Assembly: GCA_002011125.2 (NCBI GenBank)
Contig: MTMF02000009.1
Coordinates: forward strand, 192,001 to 256,000
Reading direction: 5' to 3'
DNA length: 64,000 nucleotides
From: Candidatus Hydrothermarchaeum profundi
GTDB taxonomy: Archaea > Hydrothermarchaeota > Hydrothermarchaeia > Hydrothermarchaeales > Hydrothermarchaeaceae
A model generated the notes under the pieces. The model did no database searches, was not told the origin of the DNA, and saw only the letters and a list, made by a program, of their open reading frames with translations. Shown here piece after piece: positions 1 through 8,861 of the stretch (its first letter is position 1; every line of letters begins with the position of its first letter). Both the position numbers and the translations under genes were made by a program.

Positions 1-801
1 CATGCTTGTTACTACTGAACCTAAAACAGAAAAAGCCACAAGAATGTATATTACCACCGCTACCCATAGGGAGACAAAAATAGCCCGAGGGATATTCCTA
101 TTAGGATTCTTAGCTTCTTCACCACTTTGTACAATAATCTCATACCCTTCAAAAGCTATATATGTTAGCCCCATTGCTGCTAAGACTCCTGTGATTCCCG
201 TGGGGAAAAAGGAGGGATCCTCAAATGCCCCTACCCAATTAGGTCTAGAAATAGTCCTATATACACCAAACGCTATGAATAGCAGTAGGATGGAAACTTT
301 AGAAAGAGTTATAAAAGACCCTACTCTCGCTGTCTCTTTTACTCCTTTATAATTAATGTAGATTAAGATAGAAATCGCAACAAACGTCGAAAATTTCACT
401 AAAATTATTCTCGGAATAGGTACAATCCCTACGAAAATCTCAGCGAAAAATGCTCCGAATGTTACAGCATATAGTGCACAGGCAACTGAGTGAGCAAACC
501 AATCAACCCACCCTGCAAGAAAGCTATAAGAATGGCCAAACGCCTCTCTTATCCACACATAGCCCCCACCTGCTCCGGGTATTGCCGAGGATAGCTCCGC
601 ATATGCTGACGCCGTTATGGTAGCGATTATTCCATTGAAGAAAAAAGCAAGAATCAAGGCAGGCCCAGCCAATCCGGCTGCTATGCCTGTTAAAGCAAAG
701 ACTCCAGCGCCAATCATCCCAGCGATTCCGATCATTGTTATATCCAAAAGGCCGAGTTCCCTGCTTAGCTTTACTTTGACTTCTTGGTCAGAATCCTGCA
801 T
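1..801 (-). CDS. APC-family amino acid permease, 5' part (runs off window edge)
   Basis: Not in ORF track. Manual translation from ATG at 801: MQDSDQEVKVKLSRELGLLDITMIGIAGMIGAGVFALTGIAAGLAGPALILAFFFNG..., the typical APC TM1 G-x-x-IGAG-F motif. Confidence 0.9.
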   Translation of the reverse strand, partial: MQDSDQEVKVKLSRELGLLDITMIGIAGMIGAGVFALTGIAAGLAGPALILAFFFNGIIATITASAYAELSSAIPGAGGGYVWIREAFGHSYSFLAGWVDWFAHSVACALYAVTFGAFFAEIFVGIVPIPRIILVKFSTFVAISILIYINYKGVKETARVGSFITLSKVSILLLFIAFGVYRTISRPNWVGAFEDPSFFPTGITGVLAAMGLTYIAFEGYEIIVQSGEEAKNPNRNIPRAIFVSLWVAVVIYILVAFSVLGSVVTSM

Positions 802-1100
802 AATTAAGCGTTCATCACCATATATTTAGAACTTTCCATAGTAACCATTGACTCGGTGCTTAAGCTATAACCTCTCTGATAATAAGTTAACAAAAATTTT
901 CAACAATAATTTAGCGAATAGCAAATGTATATATCGATCTTTTTGAATTTAATTTTAAAATATCTCAGGAAATATAAGACATTGTTGTATTTTTATACAA
1001 TAAATTCGGCATATTAGTGTTATTTAGTTTTAACTTTTGTTTATTATTTGAATTTTAATCCAAAAAATATATATATCAGTAATTTATTTAAATTTAAGTA

Positions 1101-1177
1101 GATGGCAAGGTAGGAGCGGTTTTCACCTCCTCCAAAACCCCCCTCATTTCTCCTACCCTTGCCAATACTCTTTTTTT
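1101..1177 (+). ncRNA. Candidate small RNA: long hairpin exposing an anti-Shine-Dalgarno loop, followed by a T-tract
   Basis: Stem 1103-1116 pairs with 1150-1164 (one bulged C); inner stem GGTTTT/AAAACC encloses CACCTCCTCC; A-run plus TATATA about 25-35 nt upstream; T7 at 1171-1177. Confidence 0.55.
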
Positions 1178-1341
1178 ATTAAATCTTGTATAAAAATAGA
1201 ACGTTTATTTTAATCCAGCAAAAAGCTACCAAAGGTAAGAAGGTTTATATACGAGAGAAGCAAAGCGTTGTGCGGTATATATTGATTAGGCTTCTTTTCT
1301 GAAGTTTAAGCATTATATAACTAGAATATATAGGTGAAATA

Positions 1342-1500
1342 ATGGTATATGGAAATAGTAGTTTCGGCAGTCCTAGAGAGATGCATAAAATTACTTGCTC
1401 TGACTGTGGCCAGGAAGCCGAAGTTCCTTTCAAGCCCGACGGTACAAGACCTGTCTATTGTAGGGACTGTTACACGAAGCGTAGGCCAAAGAGATATTAG
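1342..1500 (+). CDS. CxxC-x17-CxxC zinc-ribbon protein (52 aa)
   Basis: Not in ORF track. MVYGNSSFGSPREMHKITCSDCGQEAEVPFKPDGTRPVYCRDCYTKRRPKRY; the VPF-P..RPVYC..C signature; AGGTGA RBS upstream. Confidence 0.9.
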   Translation: MVYGNSSFGSPREMHKITCSDCGQEAEVPFKPDGTRPVYCRDCYTKRRPKRY

Positions 1501-1714
1501 AGGACGTATAGATAATCTCTGCTAATAAATTAGCGGAAGAATCTTATATCCTTTTTTTAATTTTTTTTCTCTATTTTTTACTAAATACCTCTAACGATCT
1601 TTAACAGATTAGCTTAGATACCCCGAGGAGAAGTTCGAGGAAAAGTCTGAGTAATTTCTCTTGCCGGAATCTTGCATTAGAAATTCTAGAAAATTAGAAT
1701 AGAGGCTTTAATTT

Positions 1715-4666
1715 TTAATCACAAAGTTTATCGATTGCTATGTAATCGGTGTAAACTTCAATTTCTCCCTCACAACATGCCTCGATGTGTACTTTCCCGG
1801 AGAAATATGGATTATCCCTGTCTTCATATCTTATAACTTCGTTTCCATTGATGAAGACTGCTATATTATTTTTGTTAGCTATTAGCTGAAGTGTATGCCA
1901 TCCTTCACCAATCCTTGTATCTCTGGATACTAGACTCGGATGTCTTAGCTCGTTTCCAACTTTTATTGTCTTAGAAAGAGAGATATGCTCTTTCTGTAGA
2001 TTAACAAAGTATCTACCATTCTCATTTTCCCTAAAGCCCAGATGTATGCTCCCTTTCGAGATATTAAACTTCAGCTTGATTGAAAAATCGCTGAAAATCT
2101 TGTGTAACTCGATGAATGCGTGTCCTCTACCAATAGCTATACCATCTTCTATTCCCCAGCCTCTTTCAACCCTCCAACTCCTAAATGTGGTGAAGTTATC
2201 CTCAAAGAGCATTCCACAGGTCTTCAGGTAGTATACGCATCCTATATCCTTATCCCACATATCAGTCGTCTTCGAGTCTCCATCATCGCAACATCCTTGG
2301 AAGAACTCTTCAACATATTTGCACTCTCCTCTTATACATGTAAAGAAGCCACATTCCTTTCTCCCAGAGCATCCCTCAACCTCTCCGTTAATAAACTCAT
2401 ACTCGCATCTTCTCGAGGTAAAATTATAAGAGTCCTTGGTGCACGGATTAAAATCATCGCAATTTATCTTATGAAATCTGCCATACTTATAGTATTTCTT
2501 TAAAAATTCGCTGAAATTCGCATCAAAGACTAGTGGTGGCTCAGTTGGCAGATGCTGTTCACCTCTCCATGGATAGAAGAAGTATCCTTTCACTTTCCCT
2601 AACGTTTCTTCAAAAAGAATACTCCATGCTTGCTCTATAACTTCTTCAACTGCTCTGCCCTTTTTAACTTCTTCAGCTAAAAATTGCTCAGGGATTCCCA
2701 CTTCCGAGCCGAGAATTATACCTTTGGTTTTATCTCTTTGATTCAGGATTTCAAGAAAGCTTAAAAAGTTTCTCACAAACCACCGGTAGTCCTCGTAACT
2801 TTTGGAAAATTCCGCATGCTTCGGATCAAAAAAGTAGGTGTTGTCGAAAATATCTGCCGAGACATAGTCATAGCCACTGAAATTCCAGAAGCTAAGATCA
2901 CCTTCTGGTCCAATACCATACTTAATCCATGCGATCTCGCCTTTAGGATGAAGCACTTCTCCACGATAAACTTCTCTTATCTTTGGCAAAATCTCTCTTG
3001 CCCATTTTTTACTATGGTTCCAGTCAACAAATAGATTCATTTCACACCATGGCGAAAACATATCTACTTTTTCTTCCTCAGCAAACTTCGCCGCTCTTAT
3101 CACAAATTTCGTTGCTTCTTCGAGAAATTCCTCCTGATTATCAAATGGACCATGCTCGCCTTCTACTCCATGTGTGTTAAACTCTGGTGACTTGCCTTCT
3201 ATCCAGTACTCTGGGTAGATCTGTAGTAAGACTTTAAGTCCTGCTGCTTTGGCTTCTCTTATCCTAGCCCTAACGTCTTCTAACCTCGATCCTCTCCATT
3301 CGACCTTTTCTTCTGGCAGGATTTCCCCAGTATCCCAATCAATTTCTATCCAGTACATTATGGCAACCCAGTTGGCTCCAATGTTCTTTGCAATTTTTAT
3401 TCCTTCTTTATCGTGAGGATGAATAACAACTCCCCTTACCTCTGGTAGAGTAACTGTGTAATAGCTTTTGATAACATTCATAGGGCCATCGCCCTGTCTC
3501 CCTGCTATGATTCTATCCATATATCTATGCCCATCCCTCTCCCTTTCAATCTCAAATTGGGTTATAATATCCCCTGGCACCCATGACCAAAACGAGTATC
3601 CATCAACCTTTCCATAACTTTCCTCAAAAATGATATTATATAGCTTCATTTTTGCTTTTTCCATTTCCTGCTCAGAGAGATTCCCATGACCCCAGAATTC
3701 TGTTCCTTTTTTTAACATTTCTTGGTTTGATTCAGGCGGCATAATTTCAGGCCCAAAGATTATTCCCTCTGCCTGATATCTCTCTTTAAAATAGGTTGAG
3801 ATGCTGAGAAGCCATCTAATTAGCTTTCTAAAATCTTGATAAGTCCTAACTCCCCCACTAAGAGGGCTACCTGTCGTAAAGACATCCGTAGACACATAGT
3901 CATAACCAGAGAAATTAAATCCACTAAAGTTATAGGCAGACTTTGCGTCGAGAAAGTTGAGCTGGGCTGTCTCGGGGTTTAAATCTATCTTTTGCACCAA
4001 CTTACCGGAGTATCTCTTCCTAACCTCTGAAATTAGAGAATTAGCCCAATCAAAGGCGCTTATATCTTTAAAAACCAAATAAAGCTGTCCCGCAGAAATA
4101 GGAGTGAAGATTTCAACATCTTCCTGCTCACATTTCTCCGCCCAGGCTAATATAACTGGCTTTAAATTCTTTTTGACATTCTCTTGCGCATCCCTAGAAA
4201 GCCCTCTGAATTCCTGAGGATTCAATTCAAATAAAAATGCGCCTTCCCTCTCTCCAGGGTACATTTTTTCTAAAGGTGTTCTAATTACAAACCAAACCTT
4301 TAATCCCCTCTCATGAGCCTTTCTTATCAGAGCCAATGCCTCAGATGAGTCTATCCCATATCTCGCAATATTCCCATCGGTATCGAGGAATATTTCTTGC
4401 GTAATAACTACGTAGTTTGCCCCAGCCTTGCGTGCCTTATCTATTGTTTCTACTTCCAGAGGGTTGAGTGCTAACGCTCTTATTTTGATTTCCTCATTCG
4501 GCTTTATTTCTTCGGTGCTCCCTATCTCTTCTCTAATACCCTCTACGCTCTCTATTTCTTGAATTTCTATGGGTCGTTCTTTTAAAGTAGGCTGCTCTTT
4601 CAGAAATATTCCAACCGAAAAGATTGTAATGAGAACTATGAAAATTAACAACTTCTTTTTCAACAT
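1715..4666 (-). CDS. Secreted/membrane-anchored protein with two tandem TIM-barrel glycoside hydrolase-like (GH113/clan A-like) domains, Cys-rich CDD-x-x-x-T-x-D repeats and a C-terminal DUF1080/lectin-like domain
   Basis: N-terminal hydrophobic helix; duplicated motifs GANYV/GANWV, GLKV, NFSGYDYVS.D.F; CDDFNPCTKDS and CDDGDSKTTDM repeats; C-terminal beta-sandwich with WHTLQL...VFINGNEV. Confidence 0.65.
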   Translation of the reverse strand: MLKKKLLIFIVLITIFSVGIFLKEQPTLKERPIEIQEIESVEGIREEIGSTEEIKPNEEIKIRALALNPLEVETIDKARKAGANYVVITQEIFLDTDGNIARYGIDSSEALALIRKAHERGLKVWFVIRTPLEKMYPGEREGAFLFELNPQEFRGLSRDAQENVKKNLKPVILAWAEKCEQEDVEIFTPISAGQLYLVFKDISAFDWANSLISEVRKRYSGKLVQKIDLNPETAQLNFLDAKSAYNFSGFNFSGYDYVSTDVFTTGSPLSGGVRTYQDFRKLIRWLLSISTYFKERYQAEGIIFGPEIMPPESNQEMLKKGTEFWGHGNLSEQEMEKAKMKLYNIIFEESYGKVDGYSFWSWVPGDIITQFEIERERDGHRYMDRIIAGRQGDGPMNVIKSYYTVTLPEVRGVVIHPHDKEGIKIAKNIGANWVAIMYWIEIDWDTGEILPEEKVEWRGSRLEDVRARIREAKAAGLKVLLQIYPEYWIEGKSPEFNTHGVEGEHGPFDNQEEFLEEATKFVIRAAKFAEEEKVDMFSPWCEMNLFVDWNHSKKWAREILPKIREVYRGEVLHPKGEIAWIKYGIGPEGDLSFWNFSGYDYVSADIFDNTYFFDPKHAEFSKSYEDYRWFVRNFLSFLEILNQRDKTKGIILGSEVGIPEQFLAEEVKKGRAVEEVIEQAWSILFEETLGKVKGYFFYPWRGEQHLPTEPPLVFDANFSEFLKKYYKYGRFHKINCDDFNPCTKDSYNFTSRRCEYEFINGEVEGCSGRKECGFFTCIRGECKYVEEFFQGCCDDGDSKTTDMWDKDIGCVYYLKTCGMLFEDNFTTFRSWRVERGWGIEDGIAIGRGHAFIELHKIFSDFSIKLKFNISKGSIHLGFRENENGRYFVNLQKEHISLSKTIKVGNELRHPSLVSRDTRIGEGWHTLQLIANKNNIAVFINGNEVIRYEDRDNPYFSGKVHIEACCEGEIEVYTDYIAIDKLCD

Positions 4667-4801
4667 AATATCTTATATAGCTAATAAAATTAAAATTCTT
4701 CTCTTATCCCTTTTGGATATTCTTTCTCCTTTCAAATGCGGTGAAGTTATCCTCAAACTTATTTTCTTATCACATGGGTTTAGTACTCCGCTTAATAATC
4801 T

Positions 4802-5000
4802 CTACTGGTTTTCACCACTTTTTCCACCTTTCCTAGGCTTCCACCCATACCGGAGATCCTCTATAAAATCTCTAATAAGACACTTATTCTCAGAGTCTAC
4901 GTTGCTTTTGTCTAAAAGAGTAAATTCGTATTGAAGCCTTTTATCGAAATTGTGTATGTCACGCCCCTCTTTTACCGTTCGTTTAGCTATGGAGACATCT
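4802..5000 (-). pseudogene. Probable N-terminal remnant of an archaeal tyrosine integrase
   Basis: Manual translation ...DIHNFDKRLQYEFTLLDKSNVDSENKCLIRDFIEDLRYGW...* resembles N-termini of tRNA-associated archaeal integrases. No ATG found, stops early, lies at the 3' side of tRNA-Thr. Confidence 0.45.
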
Positions 5001-5042
5001 ACTATAAATAAGTTTTTTGGGGATTTGACCCTTTGTATTATA

Positions 5043-5116
5043 AGCCCCCGGGGGGATTTGAACCCCCGACCGCCTGATTACAAGTCAGGCGCTCTGGCCA
5101 ACTGAGCTACGGAGGC
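5043..5116 (-). tRNA. tRNA-Thr(UGU), intronless
   Basis: Reverse complement GCCTCCG TA GCTCAGTTGGCCAGAGC G CCTGA CT TGT AA TCAGG CGGTC GGGGG TTCAAAT CCCCC CGGGGGC T folds into a full cloverleaf; CCA not encoded. Confidence 0.97.
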
Positions 5117-5154
5117 GTCAGAATTTAAATACATGGTTAACGAAAAAAGTATTT

Positions 5155-5778
5155 ATGATTTGCGGGATAGACGAAGCGGGTAGAGGTCCGGTGCTTGGAG
5201 ACTTAGTTATCGCTGGAGTCGCATGTAACGAAGAAAACGAGGAGTATATGCGTGGTATTGGAGTACAAGACTCTAAAAAAGTTAGCTCTAGAGTTAGGGA
5301 GAGACTCTACAAAGTCATAACGTCAAAATTCGAATATTGTCTCATAAAAATTACGCCCCAAGAACTTGACAGGTCAAATATAAACCTCCTTGAGGCAATG
5401 AAATTCGCTGAGGTAATAAATACTCTAATGCCTAATGTGGCTTATGTTGATTGCGCAGATGTAGCTCCTAGTAATTTTTTTAAAAACCTGTCAAAATATC
5501 TCTTCCACAGCTGTAGCCTTGTAATCGAGCATAAGGCGGATGAAAAGTACCCTGTAGTTTCTGCTGCCAGTATAGTGGCAAAAGTAGAGAGGGATAGAAT
5601 TATCGAAAAGTTAAAAGAAGAATATGGAGATATCGGCAGTGGTTATCCTTCCGATCCCAAGACTGTAGCATTTCTTGAGAGGTGGTTAAAAGAGTATGGT
5701 ACACCACCACCCTTTGCTAGGAAAAAGTGGCGGACGCTTAGTAAGCTATCAAACTCAAGTCTTTTAGATTTTCTATAA
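5155..5778 (+). CDS. rnhB: Ribonuclease HII
   Basis: GIDEAGRGPV, DSKK, SAASIVAKVERD, GSGYPSDP motifs; C-terminal PIP-box-like SSLLDFL. Confidence 0.97.
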   Translation: MICGIDEAGRGPVLGDLVIAGVACNEENEEYMRGIGVQDSKKVSSRVRERLYKVITSKFEYCLIKITPQELDRSNINLLEAMKFAEVINTLMPNVAYVDCADVAPSNFFKNLSKYLFHSCSLVIEHKADEKYPVVSAASIVAKVERDRIIEKLKEEYGDIGSGYPSDPKTVAFLERWLKEYGTPPPFARKKWRTLSKLSNSSLLDFL

Positions 5779-5810
5779 ACAATTTTATTAGGCAAATCAT
5801 ATTTCCATAT

Positions 5811-7634
5811 ATGGGCAATAATCTTCTCATGTCTGTAAGAAAGCATCTCTTAGCGTATGTTATTGGGAGCACAGGGTGGGTTATTAACGCCATATATCTA
5901 GGTTATGAGTACCTTCGATATGGAACTGAATTTTATAAACACCTCGATGAACCCTTGCTAGAGCATATAATGATTATCCTAGCAATCCCTGTGTTCATGC
6001 TCGTCGGGCTTTTATTTAAAAAGCAGAAAGTAGCAGAAGAAGAGCTTAGAGAATCGGAGGAGAAATATAGGAGTCTTGTTGAAAACTCAATCGAAGGAGT
6101 GTGTATATCTAAAGGAAATCGTATATTGTTCGCTAATAAAGCTCTCTTAGATATTTTCGGCTATGAGTCGGTTGAGGAGTTCAGGAAAATACCCTTATTA
6201 GATCACTTTACTCCTGAGTTTAGAAACATAATAAAGGAAAGATTTGAGGGTAAAAAACGAAAAGAACCTACATTTTACCGGTTTGATTGCAAGGTTTTAA
6301 GAAAAGATGGGGAAATCCGTGATGTCGAAATATCTGCTTCCGAAGTTCAGATGAGGGGCGAGAAATATATTCAAAGTACATTTAGGGATATCACAGAACG
6401 TAAGAAAGCGGAAGAGAAGATAAAAAGAGATTATGAGATACAGCACACTATAACTTCTATCCTTCAGGTTTCATTGGAACCCATATCTCTTAAAGAAATG
6501 TTAAACCGTATTCTCGAGCTTATTCTCGCTATACCTTGGCTTTCATTTCAATCAAAAGGATGCATCCATTTGGTGGAGGATAAAAAAATTCTAAGTTTGA
6601 CCGCATATCATAGTTTCTCAAAAGCCCAAATAAACACTTGCTCGAAGGTTGACTTCGGCAGATGTCTATGCGGTAGATGTGCTGATACTCGTAGAATAAT
6701 TTTTTCCGGATGTGTAGATGAAGCGCATGAAATCGTATACAAAGACATGCCCCCTCATGGCCACTACTGTGTTCCAATTACCTCTGGCGAAAAACTTCTA
6801 GGAGTATTAAATATTTATGTTAAAGAAGGACACCAGAGGTCTCTAGAGGAGGAAGAATTCCTTTCGGCAGTCGCTAATGTTCTTTCTGGTATCATTGAAC
6901 GTAAACGTTCTGAAGAGCAGCTGAAAGAAGCCTTCGAAAGGCTTAAAGAACTTGATAAGATGAAGGACGATTTTCTTAGCACGGTCTCCCATGAACTTAG
7001 GACTCCTCTAACCTCTATTATTGGTTCCATTGATATCTTATTGGATGAATGTGAAGGTATTAATCAGAGAAAGTTACTTGAATTAGCTTTAAAGGAAGCA
7101 GTACGCCTTAATGATTTAATTGGCGACATCTTAGATATCACCAAAACTGAAAGTAGACTTCTAAGAATGACTTTGAAGCTTACTTCGCTGGATAAGTTAG
7201 TTGAAGAAGCTGTTGAGAGGGTAAAGGTTCATGCTCAGAAAAAAAGTATCTCAATAATTAAGCACATTCCTAAAGAGCTTCCGCAGGTAGAAGTAGATAA
7301 AGACCAGTTTAAGAGGGCTATTACAAATCTATTGGAGAACGCGATTAAATTTAATAAAGAAAACGGTACAGTCGCTATTGAAGCACGCGCTAAAGGAAAT
7401 TTTGTTGAAATAAGCGTAATCGATACTGGCATTGGTATACCTGAAAAGCATTTACCGAAAATTTTTGATAAGTTTTACCGCGTTGAAACTGGGACCGCTA
7501 GAAAATATAAAGGAACAGGTCTAGGACTCTACATTGTTAAAAAAATCATAGATGCTCATGGGGGGGACATCAGAGTTGAAAGTAAGGTAAATGAAGGAAG
7601 TAAGTTCACTATAAGACTCCCAATCAAAACATGA
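5811..7634 (+). CDS. Membrane sensor histidine kinase (2 TM, PAS, GAF, HisKA, HATPase)
   Basis: SHELRTPL H-box, NLLENAIKF N-box, DTGIGI G1, GTGLGL G2; PAS end RDITERK; GAF region. Confidence 0.93.
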   Translation: MGNNLLMSVRKHLLAYVIGSTGWVINAIYLGYEYLRYGTEFYKHLDEPLLEHIMIILAIPVFMLVGLLFKKQKVAEEELRESEEKYRSLVENSIEGVCISKGNRILFANKALLDIFGYESVEEFRKIPLLDHFTPEFRNIIKERFEGKKRKEPTFYRFDCKVLRKDGEIRDVEISASEVQMRGEKYIQSTFRDITERKKAEEKIKRDYEIQHTITSILQVSLEPISLKEMLNRILELILAIPWLSFQSKGCIHLVEDKKILSLTAYHSFSKAQINTCSKVDFGRCLCGRCADTRRIIFSGCVDEAHEIVYKDMPPHGHYCVPITSGEKLLGVLNIYVKEGHQRSLEEEEFLSAVANVLSGIIERKRSEEQLKEAFERLKELDKMKDDFLSTVSHELRTPLTSIIGSIDILLDECEGINQRKLLELALKEAVRLNDLIGDILDITKTESRLLRMTLKLTSLDKLVEEAVERVKVHAQKKSISIIKHIPKELPQVEVDKDQFKRAITNLLENAIKFNKENGTVAIEARAKGNFVEISVIDTGIGIPEKHLPKIFDKFYRVETGTARKYKGTGLGLYIVKKIIDAHGGDIRVESKVNEGSKFTIRLPIKT

Positions 7635-7639
7635 TTAAT

Positions 7640-8194
7640 TTAGTCCTCTGTATTCTTTTTTTCTTCGTAATTTGGAGTGTCTTCTCTATCTAATAGCCTT
7701 GCCATTTCCTTCTTTATTTTTTCTATTTCTCTTGGGAATCCAAAATAATCTGAAAATTTTTTAGTTGTTGTCAACAACTTAGTCCTACCCTTCGGTTCCG
7801 CAAGTATAAAATCCTTCATCGCCAGCTCTTTGATATGGGAATACGCTGAGTATCCCCTAGACTTTACAATTTCCGCTTGAGTGATAGGTTGTTTTAAGGC
7901 TATAAGGGACAGCGTCTTTAAAACTTCCTGAGAAACATCAGGTTTAACGAGATCTATCAATGGAGCAGTAAATATATCCCTTGCTTGCATTATATATCGT
8001 TCTTCACCTATTTTTCGGATTTCAATAGAACTGCCTCTCTCCTCATATCTCTTTTTCAGCTCTTCTACTATCTCCTTAACTCTATTTTTTTCGAGGCCTG
8101 AGATCTCAGAAAGTTTTGTAATTGAGATAGGATCAGTAGAAACGAAAAGGGCTGCTTCTATTAGCTGTTCTTCTCTCATTTTATCACGTATCAA
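7640..8194 (-). CDS. scpB: Segregation and condensation protein B
   Basis: IEAALF, TLSLIALKQPITQAEIVKSRG, TTKKFSDYFG motifs; downstream of scpA. Confidence 0.93.
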   Translation of the reverse strand: MIRDKMREEQLIEAALFVSTDPISITKLSEISGLEKNRVKEIVEELKKRYEERGSSIEIRKIGEERYIMQARDIFTAPLIDLVKPDVSQEVLKTLSLIALKQPITQAEIVKSRGYSAYSHIKELAMKDFILAEPKGRTKLLTTTKKFSDYFGFPREIEKIKKEMARLLDREDTPNYEEKKNTED

Positions 8195-8861
8195 GAGTTA
8201 TGAAAATTTCTCCAAAAAGCTCTTTTTGCCAGATAGTGATTTTCCTTTGAGAATCGAGATAAAGTAGTGCCAGCAGGATCTCTACGATTTCCTTTTTACT
8301 ACCAACTATATCAGAAAACTTTATTACTTCGGTAATTTCGGCCAACTTTTTTATCCTTTCAAACACTCTATCTATTTTTTCCTTGATATCACCTTCGTCA
8401 ACTTGAATAACTAACTTAGGCTTCTGCCTTATGTTCCTAGGAAAGTTCTTTCTTATCATCTCCTCACTTAAAGCCCTCTGCAACGCCTCAATTAACTCAA
8501 ATAAAGTTGTTTTTCTATTTTCTCTCCTTCTTACAGGAGCCGATAAAGGTAATATCTCCCTTTCTTTTTCAGAGCATTCTAAGCTACTTGGAAATTCAAA
8601 ATAAACCTCTGCCTCTTTCTCACTTTCCTCTTCAGGAATTATTCTCTCAGACTTCATTCTCAAAAGGATTGCCGCTGCCAAAAGGGTTTTTCCAGATAGA
8701 GCAAGATTCACCCTTGCCATGCTTCTAACTTTTTCCAAGAATCTCATTGCGATATCAGCTATATCGATGTTCCATGGATCCAGCTCATCAGCTATCACCA
8801 TGTCAATAAGCAGGTCAACCGGATGAATCTCAATCTGCAACTTCTTCCAACTCCACTCCAA
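8184..8861 (-). CDS. scpA: Segregation and condensation protein A (kleisin)
   Basis: LDPWNIDI, LLAAAILLRMKS, C-terminal LLYL...WQKELFGEI; follows smc. Start uncertain. Confidence 0.93.
   Translation of the reverse strand: MEWSWKKLQIEIHPVDLLIDMVIADELDPWNIDIADIAMRFLEKVRSMARVNLALSGKTLLAAAILLRMKSERIIPEEESEKEAEVYFEFPSSLECSEKEREILPLSAPVRRRENRKTTLFELIEALQRALSEEMIRKNFPRNIRQKPKLVIQVDEGDIKEKIDRVFERIKKLAEITEVIKFSDIVGSKKEIVEILLALLYLDSQRKITIWQKELFGEIFITLDT

Noticed and set aside
2-829. ORF-track + strand ORFs 2-352 and 617-829
   Set aside because: Antisense shadows of the - strand amino acid permease.
1102-1182. Micro-ORF ATG-GCA-AGG-TAG with possible amber readthrough inside the hairpin
   Set aside because: Start is buried in the stem and the readthrough peptide is low-complexity; RNA structure explains the sequence better.
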